From contig CAWIKS010000002.1 of NCBI GenBank assembly GCA_963836685.1, positions 67,137-131,136 of the forward strand: 64,000 bases of DNA, written 5' to 3'. The DNA comes from an uncultured Actinomycetes bacterium. GTDB taxonomy: Bacteria > Actinomycetota > Thermoleophilia > Gaiellales > Gaiellaceae. Of the stretch, positions 40,662 through 50,389 are shown piece after piece (position 1 is the stretch's first letter; the number at the start of each line of letters is the position of its first letter). Position numbers and translations under genes: made by a program. The notes under the pieces were generated by a model. The model was not told the origin of the DNA and searched no databases. It saw only the letters and a program-made list of their open reading frames with translations.

Positions 40662-41995
40662 GTGTTCGACGCGCTCTCCGACAAGCTCCAGCACGCCCTC
40701 GCCGACCTCCGCGGCCGCGGCCGTCTCGACGACGAGGCGATCTCGAAGGCGATGCGGGAGATCCGCCTCGCCCTGCTCGAGGCCGACGTCAACCTGCAGG
40801 TGGTGAAGGACTTCGTCGGGCAGCGTCAGGGAGCGCGCCGCCGGCGAGGAGGTGACCAAGAGCCTCACGCCCGGCCAGCAGGTGGTGAAGGTCGTCCACG
40901 AGGAGCTGACGGCGGTGATGGGCGGCGGCGATTCACGCCTCGCCTTCGCCGGGAGGCCTCCGACCGTGATCCTCCTGGCCGGGCTTCAGGGATCGGGGAA
41001 GACGACCGCCGCCGCCAAGCTCGCGCTGATGCTGCGGCGGGACGGCAAGACGCCGGCGCTCGTCGCCGCCGACCTCCAGCGTCCGGCTGCGATCGACCAG
41101 CTCGCCCAGCTCGGCCGTGAGCTTCAGGTCCCGGTCTACACGGAGGAGCGCAAGGATGCGGTCGCCGCCGCCCGCCGGGGCGTCGAGTGGGCGAAGGAGC
41201 AGGGCGCCGACGTCGCGATCGTCGACAGCGCCGGCCGGCACCAGCTGGACGACGACCTGATGAACGAGCTCGGACGGATCGCCGACGCGGTCCGGCCGAC
41301 GAACCTCCTCCTCGTGCTCGACGCGATGACCGGCCAGGAGGCGGTGAACGTCGCGCAGGCGTTCCAGGAGCGAGTCCCGCTCGACGGGATCGTGCTGACG
41401 AAGCTGGACGGCGACGCCCGCGGGGGCGCGGCGCTGTCGGTGCGGGCGGTCACCGGGCGCCCGATCAAGCTCGTCTCGGTGGGGGAGAAGCTCGACCAGC
41501 TCGAGTGGTTCCACCCCGACCGCATGGCGTCCCGCATCCTCGGCATGGGCGACGTGCTGACGCTGATCGAGAAGGCGGAGGCGGCGGTGGAGGCCGACGA
41601 GCAGGCCGAGCTGGAGGAGCGTCTCCGCGCCGGCGAGTTCACGTTCGACGACTTCCTCGCCAGCTACAAGATGCTGCGCCGGATGGGCCCGCTGAAGGGC
41701 GTGCTCTCGATGATGCCCGGTGTCGGCAAAGCAGCTGCAGGGGTTGGAGGTGGACGAGCGCGAGCTGGGGCGCGTCGAGGCGATCGTGCTCTCGATGACG
41801 CCGCGTGAACGAAGCCTCCCGCAGGTGATCGACGGCTCCCGGCGTCAGCGGATCGCGCGGGGCAGCGGGACGACCGTCCAGGAGGTGTCGCGGCTCCTGA
41901 ACGCGCGGAAGGAGATGCAGAAGCTGATGAAGCGGATGGGGCAGGGCAAGCTGCCCGCGTTCCCGCCGCAAATGACCAAAGTGGGACGGAGGTAG
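40662..41995 (+). CDS. ffh: Signal recognition particle protein, two apparent frameshifts
   Basis: The N domain starts at GTG 40662 ([10 protein letters not shown]). The G domain ([24 protein letters not shown]) is in ORF 40852..41808. The M domain tail is in ORF 41720..41995. Shifts near 40825 and near 41720. Confidence 0.9.
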
Positions 41996-41997
41996 GG

Positions 41998-42240
41998 ATG
42001 GCGGTACGGATGAGGCTGACCCGCGTCGGATCGAAGAAGAACCCGATCTACCGGGTGGTGGTCGCGGACTCCCGCTCGCCTCGCGACGGGAAGTTCATCG
42101 AGATCGTCGGGCGCTACAACCCGCAGTTCGACCCGTCGCTGATCGAGTTCGACGAGGCGAAGGTGAAGGACTGGCTGTCGAAGGGCGCGCAGCCCTCGGA
42201 TGCGGTCTCGCGCCTGCTCAAGGCCAAGAACATCGCTTGA
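41998..42240 (+). CDS. rpsP: 30S ribosomal protein S16
   Basis: [31 protein letters not shown], 80 aa. Confidence 0.95.
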   Translation: MAVRMRLTRVGSKKNPIYRVVVADSRSPRDGKFIEIVGRYNPQFDPSLIEFDEAKVKDWLSKGAQPSDAVSRLLKAKNIA

Positions 42241-42473
42241 CCGCCGACCTGGTCGAGTATCTGGCCCGGCGGCTGGTCGAGCAGCCGGACGCGGTCTCCG
42301 TCGAGGAGGCGGAGGAGGACGGCGCGCTCGTCATCCGCCTGAGGGTCGCGCCGGACGACATCGGACGGGTGATCGGACGCGGGGGCAGGATCGCGCGTGC
42401 GCTGCGGACGCTCGCCCGGGCGAGCGGCGCGCGCGGCGACCGGCGCGTCCTGCTCGAGATCGTTGAGGAGTGA
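42237..42473 (+). CDS. KH-domain RNA-binding protein (YlqC-like)
   Basis: 78-aa ORF with [17 protein letters not shown] loop. TTG start overlapping the rpsP stop. Confidence 0.88.
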   Translation: MTADLVEYLARRLVEQPDAVSVEEAEEDGALVIRLRVAPDDIGRVIGRGGRIARALRTLARASGARGDRRVLLEIVEE

Positions 42474-42477
42474 CCTC

Positions 42478-42927
42478 GTGCGGGTCGGGCGTGTCGGCCG
42501 GCCGCACGGGCTCGACGGCTCGTTCGTCGTCGAGGGCCCGAGCGAGAACGACGCGCTGTTCGCGCCGGGGGCGAGCCTCTATGCCGGCGGCGAGGCGGTG
42601 AGCGTCGCGGCCCGGAAGCGATCCGGGGGACGGCTCGTGGTCAAGCTCGATCGGTCCGTCCCGCGCGGAGCCGAGCTGGCCGTCGCGCGCTCGCTGCTGC
42701 CCGAGCCCGAGCCGGGCGCGTACTACGTCTTCCAGCTCGTCGGCCTCGACGTGATCGAGGAAGGCGGCCGCCGCCTCGGGGTCGTGCAGGATGTCGACCC
42801 CGGAGTGGCGAACGACGTCCTCCGGCTCGATACGGGCATTGCGTTGCCGATGCACGAGCACTGCGTCCGTGAGGTCGATCTCGCCGGCCGCAGGCTCGTC
42901 GTCGCCGCCGGATTCGCGGACGGGTAA
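42478..42927 (+). CDS. rimM: 16S rRNA processing protein RimM
   Basis: GTG 42478 gives VRVGRVGRPHGLDGSF..., then a PRC barrel region. The upstream part of ORF 42397..42927 is rejected. Confidence 0.88.
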   Translation: MRVGRVGRPHGLDGSFVVEGPSENDALFAPGASLYAGGEAVSVAARKRSGGRLVVKLDRSVPRGAELAVARSLLPEPEPGAYYVFQLVGLDVIEEGGRRLGVVQDVDPGVANDVLRLDTGIALPMHEHCVREVDLAGRRLVVAAGFADG

Positions 42928-42941
42928 CCTCAAAAACGCCC

Positions 42942-43598
42942 TTGCAGATCGACGTCTTCACCCTCGTTCCGCACGCCTTCGCGTGGCTCACCGAACAGCG
43001 CCCGCTCGCGAATCTGCTCGGCTCGGAGCTCGATCTGCGGCTGTTCAACTACCGGGACACGACTCCCCTCGCCAACGGACAGGTCGACGACTCTCCCTAC
43101 GGCGGCGGGCCGGGGATGGTCCTGCGGGTCGACGTCGCCGCCGCGGCGCTCGACGCCGTCTACGGAGGCGTGCCCGACCACCGCGTGATCGCGCTCACAC
43201 CCCAGGGGCGCCAGCTCGACCAGGAGGTCGTGGCGAGCCTGGCCGGCGAGGAACGTCTCACCCTCCTGTCCACGCGCTTCGAGGGGTTCGACGAGCGGAT
43301 CCTCACGCACCTGTGCTCCGACGCGATCTCGATCGGCCCCTACGTCCTCTCGGGCGGGGAGCTGCCCGCGATGGTCCTGGTCGACGCGGTCGCGCGGCTC
43401 CGTCCGGGCGCGCTCAGCGAGGGCTCCGCCGAGCGCGAGACGTTCTCGTCCGAGCTCGAGGGCGGGCTCGAATACGCCCAGTACACGCGGCCGCCGGAGT
43501 TCCGGGGCTGGGGCGTCCCCGACGTGCTGCTCACCGGCGACCACGGACGGATCGAGGAGTGGCGACGCGAGGAGAGCCGCGCGCGGAGCGCCCGGTGA
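42942..43598 (+). CDS. trmD: tRNA (guanine37-N1)-methyltransferase
   Basis: 218-aa ORF with DDSPYGGGPGMVL and LSGGELPAMVLVDA motifs. Confidence 0.93.
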   Translation: MQIDVFTLVPHAFAWLTEQRPLANLLGSELDLRLFNYRDTTPLANGQVDDSPYGGGPGMVLRVDVAAAALDAVYGGVPDHRVIALTPQGRQLDQEVVASLAGEERLTLLSTRFEGFDERILTHLCSDAISIGPYVLSGGELPAMVLVDAVARLRPGALSEGSAERETFSSELEGGLEYAQYTRPPEFRGWGVPDVLLTGDHGRIEEWRREESRARSAR

Positions 43599-43828
43599 AG
43601 GATCTCTACGCCGTCCTGGGTGTACCGCCCGAGGCGTCCCAGGAGGAGATCCGGGACGCCTACTACAGCCGGCTGCTCTTCGAGGGCATCGACGCGGGCG
43701 AGGACAACGCCCGGGCACGCGAGGTCCGCGAGGCCTACGAGGTGCTCTCGGATCCGGAGCGCCGTCACAGCTACGACGTCTCGAACGGCGTCTGGCAATC
43801 GACGGCGACCGCAGCCGCGCCCCGATGA
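43595..43828 (+). CDS. Small J-domain-like protein
   Basis: GTG overlapping the trmD stop. KDLYAVLGVPPEASQEEIRDAY...AYEVLSDPERR resembles a DnaJ J-domain, although the HPD tripeptide is not evident. Confidence 0.55.
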   Translation: MKDLYAVLGVPPEASQEEIRDAYYSRLLFEGIDAGEDNARAREVREAYEVLSDPERRHSYDVSNGVWQSTATAAAPR

Positions 43829-44446
43829 AGCACCAACGGACCCTGAACCCGATCACGCGCATGACCCGCAACCTGCCGCGCGGCTGGCGGATCGCGATCG
43901 ACTGGGTGGTGACGATCGTGGGCGCGATCGCGATCGTGCTCGCGATCAAGGCCTGGGTCGTGAATCCGTACCGGATCCCGTCGTCCTCGATGGAGCCGAC
44001 GCTGCATTGCGCCCGGCCGGGGCCGGGCTGCGAGGCGCGTTTCTCCGACCGCGTGCTCGCGAACCGGTTCATCTACCACTTCCGCAAGCCCCACCGCGGG
44101 GACATCATCGTGTTCAAGACGCCGCCGCTCGCGAAGGTGCGCTGCGGCGCGGGCGGTACGTTCGTCAAGCGGCTGGTCGCGCTGCCGGGCGAGACGTGGC
44201 AGGAGAAGAACGGCTCCATCTACATCAACGGGAAGAAGCTGATCGAGCCGTACGTGAAGGGCGATCGCCGGGACATCGGCACCTCGTATCCCGCGCGGAA
44301 GATCCCGCTCGGGGATGTACTTCATGATGGGCGACAACCGCTCGCAGTCGTGCGACTCCCGCGAGTGGGGGCCGGTGCCGCGCAAGAACCTGATCGGCGA
44401 GGTGTTCGCCGTCTACTGGCCGCCGAACCGCATCGGATTCAGATAG
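43825..44446 (+). CDS. lepB: Signal peptidase I, one apparent frameshift
   Basis: IPSSSMEPTL and GDIIVFK boxes are in ORF 43825..44613. The C-terminal YFMMGDNRSQSCDSREWGPV box is in another frame, stop TAG 44444-44446. Shift near 44315. Confidence 0.85.
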
Positions 44447-44470
44447 CGGGAGAACCCATGGTTCTCCCGC
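44446..44470 (+). terminator. Stem-loop directly after lepB
   Basis: GCGGGAGAACC-CAT-GGTTCTCCCGC, an 11-bp perfect stem with no strong U tract. Confidence 0.5.
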
Positions 44471-44644
44471 TGGCCCTCTCCTTTGCTCGCTCGCTTCGCT
44501 CGCATCGCCTGCTGGCGGCGAACGGCGTGTGCCGCGCCCGCCAGGTCGGTCGCGGCGACGGATGCAGACAGCCCCGCGTATCCGGTGCCCGGAATCCGGT
44601 GACCATTCGGTAGCATTGTCCGTCGGCCCGCGGGCCGCTTTCCT

Positions 44645-45157
44645 ATGAGCAAGACGATCGAGCTACTCGAGCAGCGCCAGCTGCGCAAAGACCGCCCGCG
44701 GTTCAAGGCGGGCGACACCGTGCGCGTCCACTTCCAGGTGATCGAGGGCCAGCGCCGTCGCATCCAGGTCTTCGAGGGGATCGTGATCAAGCGCCAGGGC
44801 CCCGGCGTCCGCGAGACCTTCACCGTCCGCAAGCAGTCGTTCGGCGTCGGCGTCGAGCGCACCTTCCCGCTGCACTCCCCGAAGATCGAGAAGATCGAGG
44901 TGATGCAGATCGGCGACGTGAACCGGGCCAAGCTCTACTACTTGCGGGAGAAAGTGGGAAAGAAGGCGCGCGTGCGGGCTGTCCAGCGGAGGGACAAGCT
45001 ATCCTCGCCCGATGTCGCGGAGCCCGTCGACGAGAAGCTCGAAGAGCCCGAAGAGCCCGTCGCCGAGGCCGAGCCGGAGCAGGAGCCCGAGCCTGCCGAG
45101 CCCGACCCCGAGGCCGCGGTCGCAGAAGCCCCGGAGACCGGGGAAGAGGCTCCTTAG
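44645..45157 (+). CDS. rplS: 50S ribosomal protein L19 with acidic C-terminal tail
   Basis: L19 core ([28 protein letters not shown]) followed by a tail of about 50 aa rich in E, P and A. Confidence 0.9.
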   Translation: MSKTIELLEQRQLRKDRPRFKAGDTVRVHFQVIEGQRRRIQVFEGIVIKRQGPGVRETFTVRKQSFGVGVERTFPLHSPKIEKIEVMQIGDVNRAKLYYLREKVGKKARVRAVQRRDKLSSPDVAEPVDEKLEEPEEPVAEAEPEQEPEPAEPDPEAAVAEAPETGEEAP

Positions 45158-45776
45158 CTTCGACCGCCGGCTCGGCGCCCGGTTCGTCGCCGGCGCCGAC
45201 GAGGCCGGGCGGGGCTCGCTGGCGGGGCCGCTGGTCGTTGCGGGCGTCCTGCTCGACTACGAGGAGCTGCGCGACCATCGCGTCCGTCCGCTCGCGCTGC
45301 TGAACGACTCGAAGCAGCTCACGCCGGAGCGACGCGAGGAGCTCTTCCGAGCCGTGGTCTCGTGCGCCTGTCAGATCTCCGTCCGCGTGATCTCGCACGG
45401 CGAGATCGACCGAAACGGCCTGCACCGCTCCAACCTCGCCGGGCTGCGCGCCGTCCTCGGCGAGCTCTCGCCGCCGGCGGAGGCGTGTCTGGTCGACGGC
45501 TTCCGGCTCGGACCCTCGGCGCCCGCGCACACCGCGGTCGTCGACGGCGACGAGAAGAGCGCGGCGATCGCGGCTGCGTCCGTGGTCGCGAAGGTGACGC
45601 GTGACCGCCTGATGCGCCGGCTGGACGCGCTCTTCCCGCACTACGGCTTCGCGTCGCACGTCGGCTACATCACCCCCGGCCACTCCGCCGTCGTCCGGGA
45701 GCGCGGGCCGTGCGAGATCCACCGCCGCTCGTTCCAGGCCCTCTGCTATGCCGGCGTCCCCGACGTCGGCATCTGA
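45012..45776 (+). CDS. rnhB: Ribonuclease HII (start uncertain)
   Basis: Core [16 protein letters not shown]...DSKQL...VDGD.K..AIAAAS..AK. The only in-frame canonical start is ATG 45012, 146 nt inside rplS. The conserved core begins near 45180. Confidence 0.8.
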   Translation: MSRSPSTRSSKSPKSPSPRPSRSRSPSLPSPTPRPRSQKPRRPGKRLLSFDRRLGARFVAGADEAGRGSLAGPLVVAGVLLDYEELRDHRVRPLALLNDSKQLTPERREELFRAVVSCACQISVRVISHGEIDRNGLHRSNLAGLRAVLGELSPPAEACLVDGFRLGPSAPAHTAVVDGDEKSAAIAAASVVAKVTRDRLMRRLDALFPHYGFASHVGYITPGHSAVVRERGPCEIHRRSFQALCYAGVPDVGI

Positions 45777-46104
45777 CCGCGGGCGTCAGGCAGAGCGCCG
45801 GGCTCGGCTCCACTACCGGTTGCGCGGCTACCGCGTGCTGGACGCAAACGCGTGGGCGGGCGGGTACGAGCTCGACCTCGTCCTGCGGCGCGGACGCCGC
45901 CTCGTGTTCTGCGAGGTGAAGGCCAAGACTGGCGAGAGGTACGGCGACCCGCTGGAGATGGTCGGCGCCGAGAAGGTGCGGCGGCTCCTGCAAGCGGCCG
46001 AGGTGTGGCTCGCAGGCCGCCCGGACTGCACCGGCCTCGAGATCTCGTTCGAGGCCGTCGGGATCTCGTCCGGGCGGCTACAGCGGGTCGGTCTGGTACC
46101 CTGA
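45748..46104 (+). CDS. yraN: YraN-family (UPF0102) endonuclease-like protein
   Basis: 118-aa ORF with GYELDLV....LVFCEVKA motif. Confidence 0.85.
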   Translation: MPASPTSASDRGRQAERRARLHYRLRGYRVLDANAWAGGYELDLVLRRGRRLVFCEVKAKTGERYGDPLEMVGAEKVRRLLQAAEVWLAGRPDCTGLEISFEAVGISSGRLQRVGLVP

Positions 46105-46264
46105 ATCCTTGATAACTGCCGAGGGGCACTATCCCCGAACGGGCGTTGCTCGTCAGAACGGTCGTCAGACCCGGGCGCGCCGGCCGACGGTGCCAGAACG
46201 GCACCGGCGGCGGGAGAAACCTTCGGCTGTACGTGTGGTCTAGCGTTCAGCCGAAAGGAGTGCC

Positions 46265-47137
46265 GTGAACGTCAACAGAGCAAGCTTCAGCACCAAAGCC
46301 CGCACCTGGCTTCTGCTCGCCGGGCTGACCGCCCTGTTCATCGGGGTCGGGGCCGCGATCGGCGGAGCCTTCCTGTGGTTCTTCGTCGTCCTCTCCGTGG
46401 TGATGAACTTCGCCGCCTACTGGGGCTCGGACAAGTTCGCGATCCGCGCCGCGAGGGCGAAGGAGGTGTCGGAGGCCGAGGCGCCCGAGATCCACCAGAT
46501 CGTCGGGGAGCTCGCGCAGCTCTACGACGTGCCGAAGCCGCGCGTCTACCTGATCCCTTCGGATCAGCCGAACGCGTTCGCGACCGGCCGGAACCCGGAG
46601 CACTCCGCGGTCGCCGTCACCCAGGGCCTGCTCCGGTTCATGCCCCGCGACCAGGTTCGCGGCGTGCTCGCGCACGAGTTCGGCCACATCAAGAACCGCG
46701 ACATCCTCGTCTCGTCGATCGCGGCGATGATCGCAGGCGCGGTCTCGGCGGTCGGCAACATCTTCTTCTTCGCCGCGATGTTCGGGGGTAACGACCGGGA
46801 CAACCCGCTGGGGGCGTTCGGCGCGCTGGCGGCGATCATCATCGCCCCGATCGCGGCGACGCTGCTCCAGCTCGGGGTGTCGCGGCAGCGGGAGTACCTC
46901 GCCGACGCGACCGCCGCGCGGATGCTCGGCACGGGCGAGCCGCTCGCGGAGGCGCTGGAGACGCTCGAGCGCGGACGTCAGGCGGTGCCGCTGCAGGTCA
47001 ACCCGGCGACCTCGTCGCTCTACATCGTCAACCCGCTCAAGGCGGTCGGGGTGGCGAATCTCTTCTCGACGCATCCGCCGATCGAGGATCGGATCGCCAG
47101 GCTGCGCGAGTACGACCGCTCCCGCGGCATCGTCTAG
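46265..47137 (+). CDS. htpX: Zinc metalloprotease HtpX (M48)
   Basis: 290-aa ORF with HEFGHIKNRD zinc site and 4 TM segments. RBS GAAAGGAG upstream of the GTG start. Confidence 0.92.
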   Translation: MNVNRASFSTKARTWLLLAGLTALFIGVGAAIGGAFLWFFVVLSVVMNFAAYWGSDKFAIRAARAKEVSEAEAPEIHQIVGELAQLYDVPKPRVYLIPSDQPNAFATGRNPEHSAVAVTQGLLRFMPRDQVRGVLAHEFGHIKNRDILVSSIAAMIAGAVSAVGNIFFFAAMFGGNDRDNPLGAFGALAAIIIAPIAATLLQLGVSRQREYLADATAARMLGTGEPLAEALETLERGRQAVPLQVNPATSSLYIVNPLKAVGVANLFSTHPPIEDRIARLREYDRSRGIV

Positions 47138-47151
47138 GGACCACGATTCGC

Positions 47152-47186
47152 ATCCGCGCCGCCGAACTGCGGTCGGTGGCGCGGAT
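47152..47186. terminator. Bidirectional stem-loop between htpX and the restriction gene
   Basis: ATCCGCGCCGCCGA-ACTGCGG-TCGGTGGCGCGGAT, a 14-bp stem with one mismatch. Confidence 0.5.
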
Positions 47187-47191
47187 CGCTG

Positions 47192-48005
47192 CTATGTGAA
47201 AGGCCTCGGCCGCCGGGCCGGCTGTGGAGGGCTCGCAAGCCTGTCCAGATCGAGGTTCCCGGAGCCATCTCCGAAGAGCTGTTCGGCCTCACCCTTGATG
47301 CGGACGATCTCGTCTGCCACTCGTCCGGCGATCAACACCGACAGGATGCTGGTCGACCGAATGAGCCGGACACGGAAGCCCGACACGCCGCTGAGCCTGT
47401 CCCAGAATTCGTCCGATGCGAGGACAGTGATGTTCGGATCGGCTGCAAGGGGGCTGGACCTGCTGCGTCCCGAGAGAACGGCGATGTGCATCTCCACCCG
47501 GCGCCGGCTCGATCGGAGGACCGCAGCAGCCGCTCCTCAGCGCGTTGACGTCGGAGCGACGGCCGCCTGCATTCTTTGTGTTCGGCGCACTCTGGAGCGC
47601 ATACAGCTCGACCGTCTGGCTGTCATCCGGGCGGTCACGCTGCAGATCAACGCCGCTGCCGGGCTTGAACCCTCCGCTGACGATTCGGGCCACCTCCTCC
47701 ATCCACGTGCCCAGATGGGCCTCGATCGCGGAGGTTTCCTTGTCGGCCAGCACCCCTTCGACCCAGTCGAAGAGCGAGGTGATGCCACGCGCTGTGTAGA
47801 TCATTGGATTCCGTCTTGCGAGATCTCGTCCCGTGAGCCGTGTGAGGTTCAGCTCGAGGGGCTTGGCAACGAAGTCGTCAAAGGCGCGCATGATGTTCTC
47901 CGCGTGAGCCTCGTCGACGGCGAGGGTCTCCTGCAGATCGCGAACGAGGCGCGTGCGATCAGGAGCGGTCAACGCGGCAGACCAGGACTTCCTCGAAGAA
48001 CTCAC
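47192..48005 (-). CDS. Putative type II restriction endonuclease, one apparent frameshift (family uncertain)
   Basis: ORF 47289..48005 reads to ...VELYALQSAPNTKNAGG..DVNALRS. It continues in ORF 47192..47497 (VEMHIAVLSG...VLASDEFWDRLSG). Shift near 47525. Sits directly downstream of a DNA methyltransferase in a lower-GC patch. Confidence 0.55.
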
Positions 48006-49195
48006 CCGCCCGCCGCCCGGTTCTTCGATTCACGTGGCGCGTCATCTGCTCTTCGAGCACAAGGCCTGACCTCTCCAGGATCTCGGGGTAGAGCCCTTTC
48101 GAGTCGTTGACGACAATGATGACCGGGGCTCCGCTGGGCAGCTGACGGGCGCTGTTCTCGAAGACGGCACTCATATCGGAGACATACTGGCTGAGAGCTG
48201 AGCGAGACGATCCCCGGGCGGCTGCGCCGATCTCGGATGCGCGGCGATCGTCGAGGCCGAGCAGCTCGTAGGCGTACCGATGCTGCTCGTGGTAGTCGAT
48301 CAGTCCGGGATAGGGCGGGGACGTGATGATCCCCGTTGGCGATGTTGGCAACGACAGAGTGCGAGCGTCGTCGTGGAGAACGATCACTTGCCGGTCCGGA
48401 GCGCCTCAGCTGAGAGAAGTGCCGAAGGCGCGTGTTGGTGTCGGTCGTGTATCGACGAAGGAACTTGTCGGCCTCGTCGACCGGACGGCATATCCGCTTG
48501 TGCTTGTGGCAGTAATACGGTGCGCGAACGGGGTTCCTTGGGAAATCGAGGTCGAAATGCGTCGTAAGGCGGGCCGAGCGTGCGGCGCGCGTGAGTACGA
48601 CTCTGGCGACGTCGCTCGCTTCGGCGTCAAGGTGCACGATGGAGGCGCGATAGGCGAGCAGGTCGTTCAACGCCCTCGGTGAGTACCACCTACGCAGCCA
48701 TTCATTGGCCCCGGCAAAACTCGGCTTCCGCGTTCGGCGAGCGTTCTCGAGGGTTCCCTTCAGAGCAAGCTCGAGCGACGGAATCGAGTAAACCGCTGTC
48801 TTCACCTTCGAGAGAAGGCAGTTGAAGGCCGAGATGTCACAGCCGACGGCGTGACACCCGAAGACGTTCGCTTCGACAAGGGTCGTCCCTGAACCCACGA
48901 ACGGGTCGTAGATGCAGTCTCCAGGATTGAAGTACCGCCGGAGGAACACCTCGACCAGCTGCGGAACGAACTTCCCCAGATAGGGATGGAGTGCATGCAC
49001 GTGCTTGGTGCGCTCGACCTGCGGCAACTCCGATTCCGACCAGGACAGCTCGAGGTCAATTTGGGCGTACAAAGCTTCCTGTGTCTGCTGCGGCACGGAG
49101 ATCGAGTCTAGGGCCGAGATCGGATGAATCTCCAGATGCCGCACGCAATTCGACACTCCGTTGACACAGACGCGTAGGGCGTCACCGGCTTCCAT
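47959..49195 (-). CDS. DNA methyltransferase (N6-adenine or N4-cytosine; motif I before SPPY), one apparent frameshift
   Basis: ATG at 49195. HPYLGKFVPQLV...DPFVGSGTT (SAM motif I) is in ORF 48002..49339. The catalytic TSPPYPGLIDY is in ORF 47959..48387. Shift near 48390. Confidence 0.8.
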
Positions 49196-49201
49196 AGCAG
49201 G

Positions 49202-50324
49202 GTGCTCGCGCGCACGCTCACGCACGCGCTGGTCGGTCTCGACGCCCGCCGGGTCGAGGTGGAGGCGCACGTCGAGCTGGGGATTCCCGGGTTCACGATC
49301 GTCGGGCTCGCCGACCGTGCCTGCCAGGAGGCCAAGCATCGCGTCCGGAGCGGAATCGGCTCCGCGGAGCTCGACTGGCCCTCGCGCCGGATCACGGTCA
49401 ACCTCGCGCCCGCGGCGCTGAGGAAGGAGGGCTCAGGCTTCGATCTGCCGATCGCGCTCGCCGTGCTCGGCGCCTCGCGGCAGGTTCCGGTCGACCGGCT
49501 GGCGGTGCACGCGGCGGTCGGCGAGCTCGCGCTCGACGGGCGGATCCGACCGGTCGGCGGCGTGCTCGCGGCGGCTGAGGGGGCGAGGAGGGCCGGGGTC
49601 GAGCGGCTGATCTGCGCTGCCGAGTCCGCCGCGGAGGCGGCGCTCGCGGGAATCGAGCCGGTGCCGGTCTGGCACCTGGCAGAAGCGGCTGCCTATCTCC
49701 GCGGCGAGGCCGAGCCATCGCCCTACGAGCCGCCCGGGAACGGGGATGCGCCCGCGACCACCTATCCGGATCTCGCAGACGTGAGGGGACAGGAGCGGGC
49801 GCGCCGCGCGCTCGAGCTCGCCGCGGCCGGTGGGCACAACCTCCTCCTCGCGGGGCCGCCCGGCACCGGCAAGACGATGCTCGCGCGCCGCCTGCCGGGC
49901 GTGCTGCCGCCGCTCGAGCCGGAGGAGGCGCTCGAGGTCACCCGCATCCACTCCGTCGCCGGCCTGCTCTCCCCCGAGCACCCGCTCGTCCGTCGACCCG
50001 CCGTTCCGGGCTCCCCACCACAGCGCCTCGATGGCGGCGATCGTCGGCGGCGGCCGCAGCGCCCGGCCGGGCGAGGTCAGCCTCGCCCATCGCGGCGTGC
50101 TCCTGCTCGACGAGCTGCCCGAGTTCATGCGGCCGGCGCTGGAGGCGCTTCGCCAGCCCCTCGAGGACGGCGTCGTCGGCATCGCCCGCGCCGAGGGGCG
50201 AGCGGTCTACCCGGCGCGGTTCCAGCTGATCGCGACCATGAACCTGTGCCCGTGCGGAGCGCGCGGCGATCCCGCCCAGGAGTGCTCGTGCTCGGCGCAG
50301 CGGCTCGCTAGATGGTTTACATAG
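49202..50324 (+). pseudogene. comM: comM/yifB (Mg-chelatase-like competence ATPase), 3' truncated by an integrated element, plus one frameshift
   Basis: Lon-like N domain and Walker [10 protein letters not shown] are in ORF 49202..50311. [11 protein letters not shown]...[16 protein letters not shown] is in ORF 49830..50324 (shift near 49995). The reading frame ends at ...[10 protein letters not shown]. The expected continuation (SGPLLDRID region) is absent from the window. Confidence 0.85.
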
Positions 50325-50389
50325 ACAAGCAACTGCGGCATGATGAGAACGTCAGGCGCGGGCGACTGCCCGCCGATGAGGAGGTCGGG

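Noticed and set aside
46105-46264. Structured leader or ncRNA upstream of htpX
   Set aside because: Only a 7-bp hairpin (CGGTGCC-AGAAC-GGCACCG near 46188-46206) was seen. It is more simply a weak terminator for yraN. I recognised no conserved riboswitch-like architecture.
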